This document shows, in pieces, positions 7,768 to 10,435 of a DNA stretch of 10,435 nucleotides. A model generated the notes under the pieces. That model was given only the letters and a program-made list of their open reading frames with translations, made no database searches and was not told the DNA's origin. The stretch is from Spirochaetales bacterium (GTDB lineage Bacteria; Spirochaetota; Spirochaetia; JABEVK01): positions 1 through 10,435 of the forward strand of contig JBAXAI010000059.1 of assembly GCA_037142615.1 (NCBI GenBank), read 5' to 3'. Numbering within the stretch: the stretch's first letter is position 1; each line of letters opens with the position of its first letter. The position numbers were made by a program, and so were the translations under genes.

Positions 7768-10144
7768 ATGAAGATCTCATCGATTGCGCCCTTGGGGGCG
7801 CTTTTTGTCTTGCTGGCGCTTTTCGGCTGTGCCTCGCCGGTCACCGTCAACCCCAGGCGGAACCACACCTGGTGGAACAACGCCAACCGGCATCACCATC
7901 GACCAGTCGTTGTGGGGTCCGTGGGTGCGAATGGACAGGGTTGAAAACTGGTATCTGGCCGCCGACAAGTTGACCAGCCCGATGGGAAGCAATTTCTACA
8001 CCTCGGCCACGCTGACCAAGCTCGTGACTGAGGGTGCCACCCTCGAAGTGACCGCTGATTCGGCCGACATGATTCAGGTCACCCAGGGCAACGACACCTT
8101 CTACCTCTACCGGCAGGCCGACCGCAGCGCCACCTTCAACGGCACCGTGGAGCAGCAGGTGGTGGCCAAGAGTCTGGCACGCTCGGCCGAGCCGCGCAGC
8201 TTTATGTCGGCCCTGCAACTTGCGGTGCAGAGCAAGGACAATCCATCAGATATGCAGACGGTGACCACCGCCATCGATGGCACCTACAAGATCGTCAACG
8301 CCATCGCGGGCGCCGTGTACAAGATCACGCCCAAACTCGTCGACGCGGTGACTAGTGCCCTCAGCGACGGCCCGACCATCGAAGTGGTGGCCGGCGACGA
8401 CGGTCAGGATGTGGGCACGGTGACCATCCCCGACCCGACGGTGAAGTACAACTTCAAGGTGAGCGCCGCGCCGTCGGATAACCCCTATTTGTTCGCCGAT
8501 GGCACCGCCCAGAACGTCACGCTCACCTTCAAGAACGTGGGCTCGGCCCGATCGCTGGCACCCACCTATACTTTGGTCTCCCTCAACGGCAAGGCGACGT
8601 TGGGCGGAACCTTGGTCAATAACCTGAGCACGTTCGAAGCGGGAACCACGCAGACCTTGACCGTGCCAGTCACCGTGACCGCGATCACCACGCCGTTCAT
8701 CGATGTCACCATTGGCGTGACTCTCGACATTTACAACGGGCCGAGTTGGCATGATCGGACCACGGTGCGGTTCTACAAGGATGACAAACTGACGGTGAAC
8801 CTGCGTGCGACAGGAACGGGCTTCGACCATGCCACGTTGCTGACACCCGACCGCCGGGCCATTCCTTTCTCGAGCAACATCATGGGCACCGAGTTGGTGG
8901 TTCCACGTACCGACTCAGGGTATTCGGTAGCGATGTCTGGTGCGACCGCTGCGAGCGAAACCAAGTACGCGTTGTGGATTGGTGCCTCGACCCTCTACTC
9001 ACCGGATCTCACGGCCTACATTGCCCCCGGGTCGTTTGAGCCCAACAATACCCGAGCCGCAGCGACCGGGTTGTATGTCAACGATGCCGCACCTCTCTTG
9101 GGGTACTTGGCTGTCGACGACATGGACTTCTTCGCCATTGGTGCGGCAACCGTCGTCGCTCCCGCCGGCTTGCCAACCCTGAGCGTGAGCGGAAGCACCA
9201 CAAGCCTCAGTTGGAACGCGGCAGCGGGAGCCGAGAAGTACTTTGTGTACAAGAACGGCGTCGCGGTCGATGCGGCTGGAACCACGGCAACGAGCCGCAC
9301 CGGTATTAGTTATTCACCCGGTGACCAGTTTGCCGTCAAGGCCTTTATCGCGGGCAAGGGGTACTCAGCAGGGGGCTTTGTAGTCGAAACCGTCCCGGTC
9401 GCCGGAGGAACCTTCTTCAATGGGACCGCCAATGTGACAGTCAGCAGCTTCCAGATGTCGACTTACGAGGTGACCTCGGGACTGTATCAGTCCCTGACGG
9501 GTAGCAGGCCCAGCATGATGGGAGGCGGCAAAGTCCAGAACCCTGTCGAGAGCGTCACCTGGTACGACGCCGTCGAGTTCTGCAACAAGCTCAGCGACCT
9601 GGCCGGGCTGCAACCCGCCTACACCATCACCGGTCGCACTCCCTCCACCGGGTACCCCATCACGTCAGCAACGGTGACCATGGACATGGCTAAGACCGGT
9701 TACCGCCTGCCTACCGAGGCAGAGTGGATGTGGGCCGCCATGGGCGGTGCCAGCGATGCCAAAGTCGGCGACAACGTCTCGACCGTCAACACCGGGGGCT
9801 ACAACAAAGCCTTCGCGGGCGACAACGGGAGCAACGCGATTGCCAGCTACGCCTGGATCTACGAGAACAGCCCCAGCGGTACGCAGCCAGTCGGCACAAA
9901 GGCACCCAACGAGTTGGGAATCTACGACTTGAGCGGCAACGTCTGGGAATGGAACTGGGACTGGTACGAAACCTACGATTCGTTGCCGACAACCAACCCG
10001 ACCGGAGCGGCCTCGGGCTCGTCCCGCGTGTTACGCGGCGGCAGTTGGTTCAGCAATGCGTCCTACGCGACCGTGTCGAACCGGTACGGCAGCAACCCGT
10101 ACTACCAGAACTACAGCTACGGCTTCCGGGTTGTTCGTCCCTGA
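7768..10144 (+). CDS. Large lipoprotein with a C-terminal FGE-sulfatase (SUMF1)/CLec-fold domain, frameshifted near 7851-7854; candidate DGR target
   Basis: RBS and ATG 7768 give the signal peptide MKISSIAPLGALFVLLALFG-C. The gene body is in the +1 frame (ORF 7784..10144) with FGE motifs PVESVTWYDAVEFCNKLS, YRLPTEAEW, PNELGIYDLSGNVWEW, RVLRGGSW and GFRVVR. Removing one C gives 791 aa. Confidence 0.85.
10022..10144 (+). other. Candidate DGR variable region (VR) with a 3' invariant/IMH-like end
   Basis: Last ~120 nt of a CLec/FGE gene. Between RGGSW and GFR, 16 of 24 codons are NNC/NNT derivable from AAC/AAT, at spacing typical of asparagine-rich template repeats. No TR or RT is in the window. 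Confidence 0.7.
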
Positions 10145-10161
10145 TCACCTGTATTTCGAGT

Positions 10162-10267
10162 CGGCCCACGAGGCCCGCCGTAGCGACTGCGGCCCCGCTC
10201 ACGCGGGGCAAGCCGGAGCGGAGAGCGGGAATCGCGGGCCGGGCGACGTCGCGCGCGCGACGTCGCC
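10162..10267. repeat. Cluster of GC-rich hairpins/palindromes downstream of the VR
   Basis: GCCGTAG-CGA-CTGCGGC (10177-10193), GCCCCGC-TCAC-GCGGGGC (10192-10209), an enclosing stem 10162-10171/10232-10241 (9/10 match) and a perfect 26-bp palindrome at 10242-10267. Confidence 0.85.
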
Positions 10268-10373
10268 AGCGCGTTGGGTCCACCGGGGGACAGACCTCCG
10301 TTACGCACGATTTCTTGCCCCAACCGCAAGCAAACCGCCCAATTCCCCCGTCTGGTACCTCGAGGTACAAAAC

Positions 10374-10435
10374 ATGCCGTATTCCCCGCTTACCCATGAT
10401 TCCGTCTTTTTGCACGTCTTTGGCGAGCCCGAAGG
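10374..10435 (+). CDS. 5' end of a probable Rpn-family (PD-(D/E)XK) recombination-promoting nuclease/putative transposase
   Basis: GAGGT RBS (10362-10366), then MPYSPLTHDSVFLHVFGEPE..., resembling the Rpn N-terminal P..D..F..(V/I)FG pattern. Only 20 codons are visible. Confidence 0.45.
   Translation, partial: MPYSPLTHDSVFLHVFGEPE

Noticed and set aside
7784-7852. TTG 7784 as the start of the 786-aa ORF
   Set aside because: It has no RBS and an implausible N-terminus. ATG 7768 has an RBS and a lipoprotein signal peptide.
7859-7900. AAC-rich stretch (AAC CAC ACC TGG TGG AAC AAC GCC AAC) as a DGR template repeat
   Set aside because: It is short, does not align with the VR scaffold beyond TGG AAC AAC, and is explained by the PGGTT linker codons in the other frame.
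9390-10144. Active formylglycine-generating enzyme
   Set aside because: The catalytic Cys pair after RGGS is absent and there is no sulfatase nearby.
10050-10415. Minus-strand ORFs 10050..10415 and 10117..10329
   Set aside because: They run through the palindromic region with low-complexity Arg/Ala/Gly composition and are probably spurious.
1-10435. CRISPR array, tRNA/rRNA, reverse transcriptase or integrase
   Set aside because: I saw no regularly spaced repeats, RNA gene signatures or RT/integrase motifs in the window.

Overview
GC-rich bacterial chromosome segment, probably from a spirochaete (inferred from the gene set and the FGE-type lipoprotein). Housekeeping block: enolase, a periplasmic substrate-binding protein, a UPF0158-GNAT fusion, a glycerolipid acyltransferase, homoserine dehydrogenase, an RlmB/TrmH methyltransferase and an EEP-family phosphatase. 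An accessory block follows at about 7570-10435. It holds a large lipoprotein ending in a non-catalytic FGE/C-type-lectin-fold domain whose last ~120 nt look like a diversity-generating retroelement (DGR) variable region, followed by GC-rich hairpins. No template repeat or reverse transcriptase lies in the window, so it may be a remote DGR target. The lipoprotein signal peptide is one base out of frame with the gene body, and a (TCCC)6 tract lies upstream. Separately, the last 15 codons of enolase occur twice, 108 bp apart, with identical peptide but heavy synonymous recoding, separated by a small hairpin module. This looks like the scar of a gene-tail-replacing insertion.
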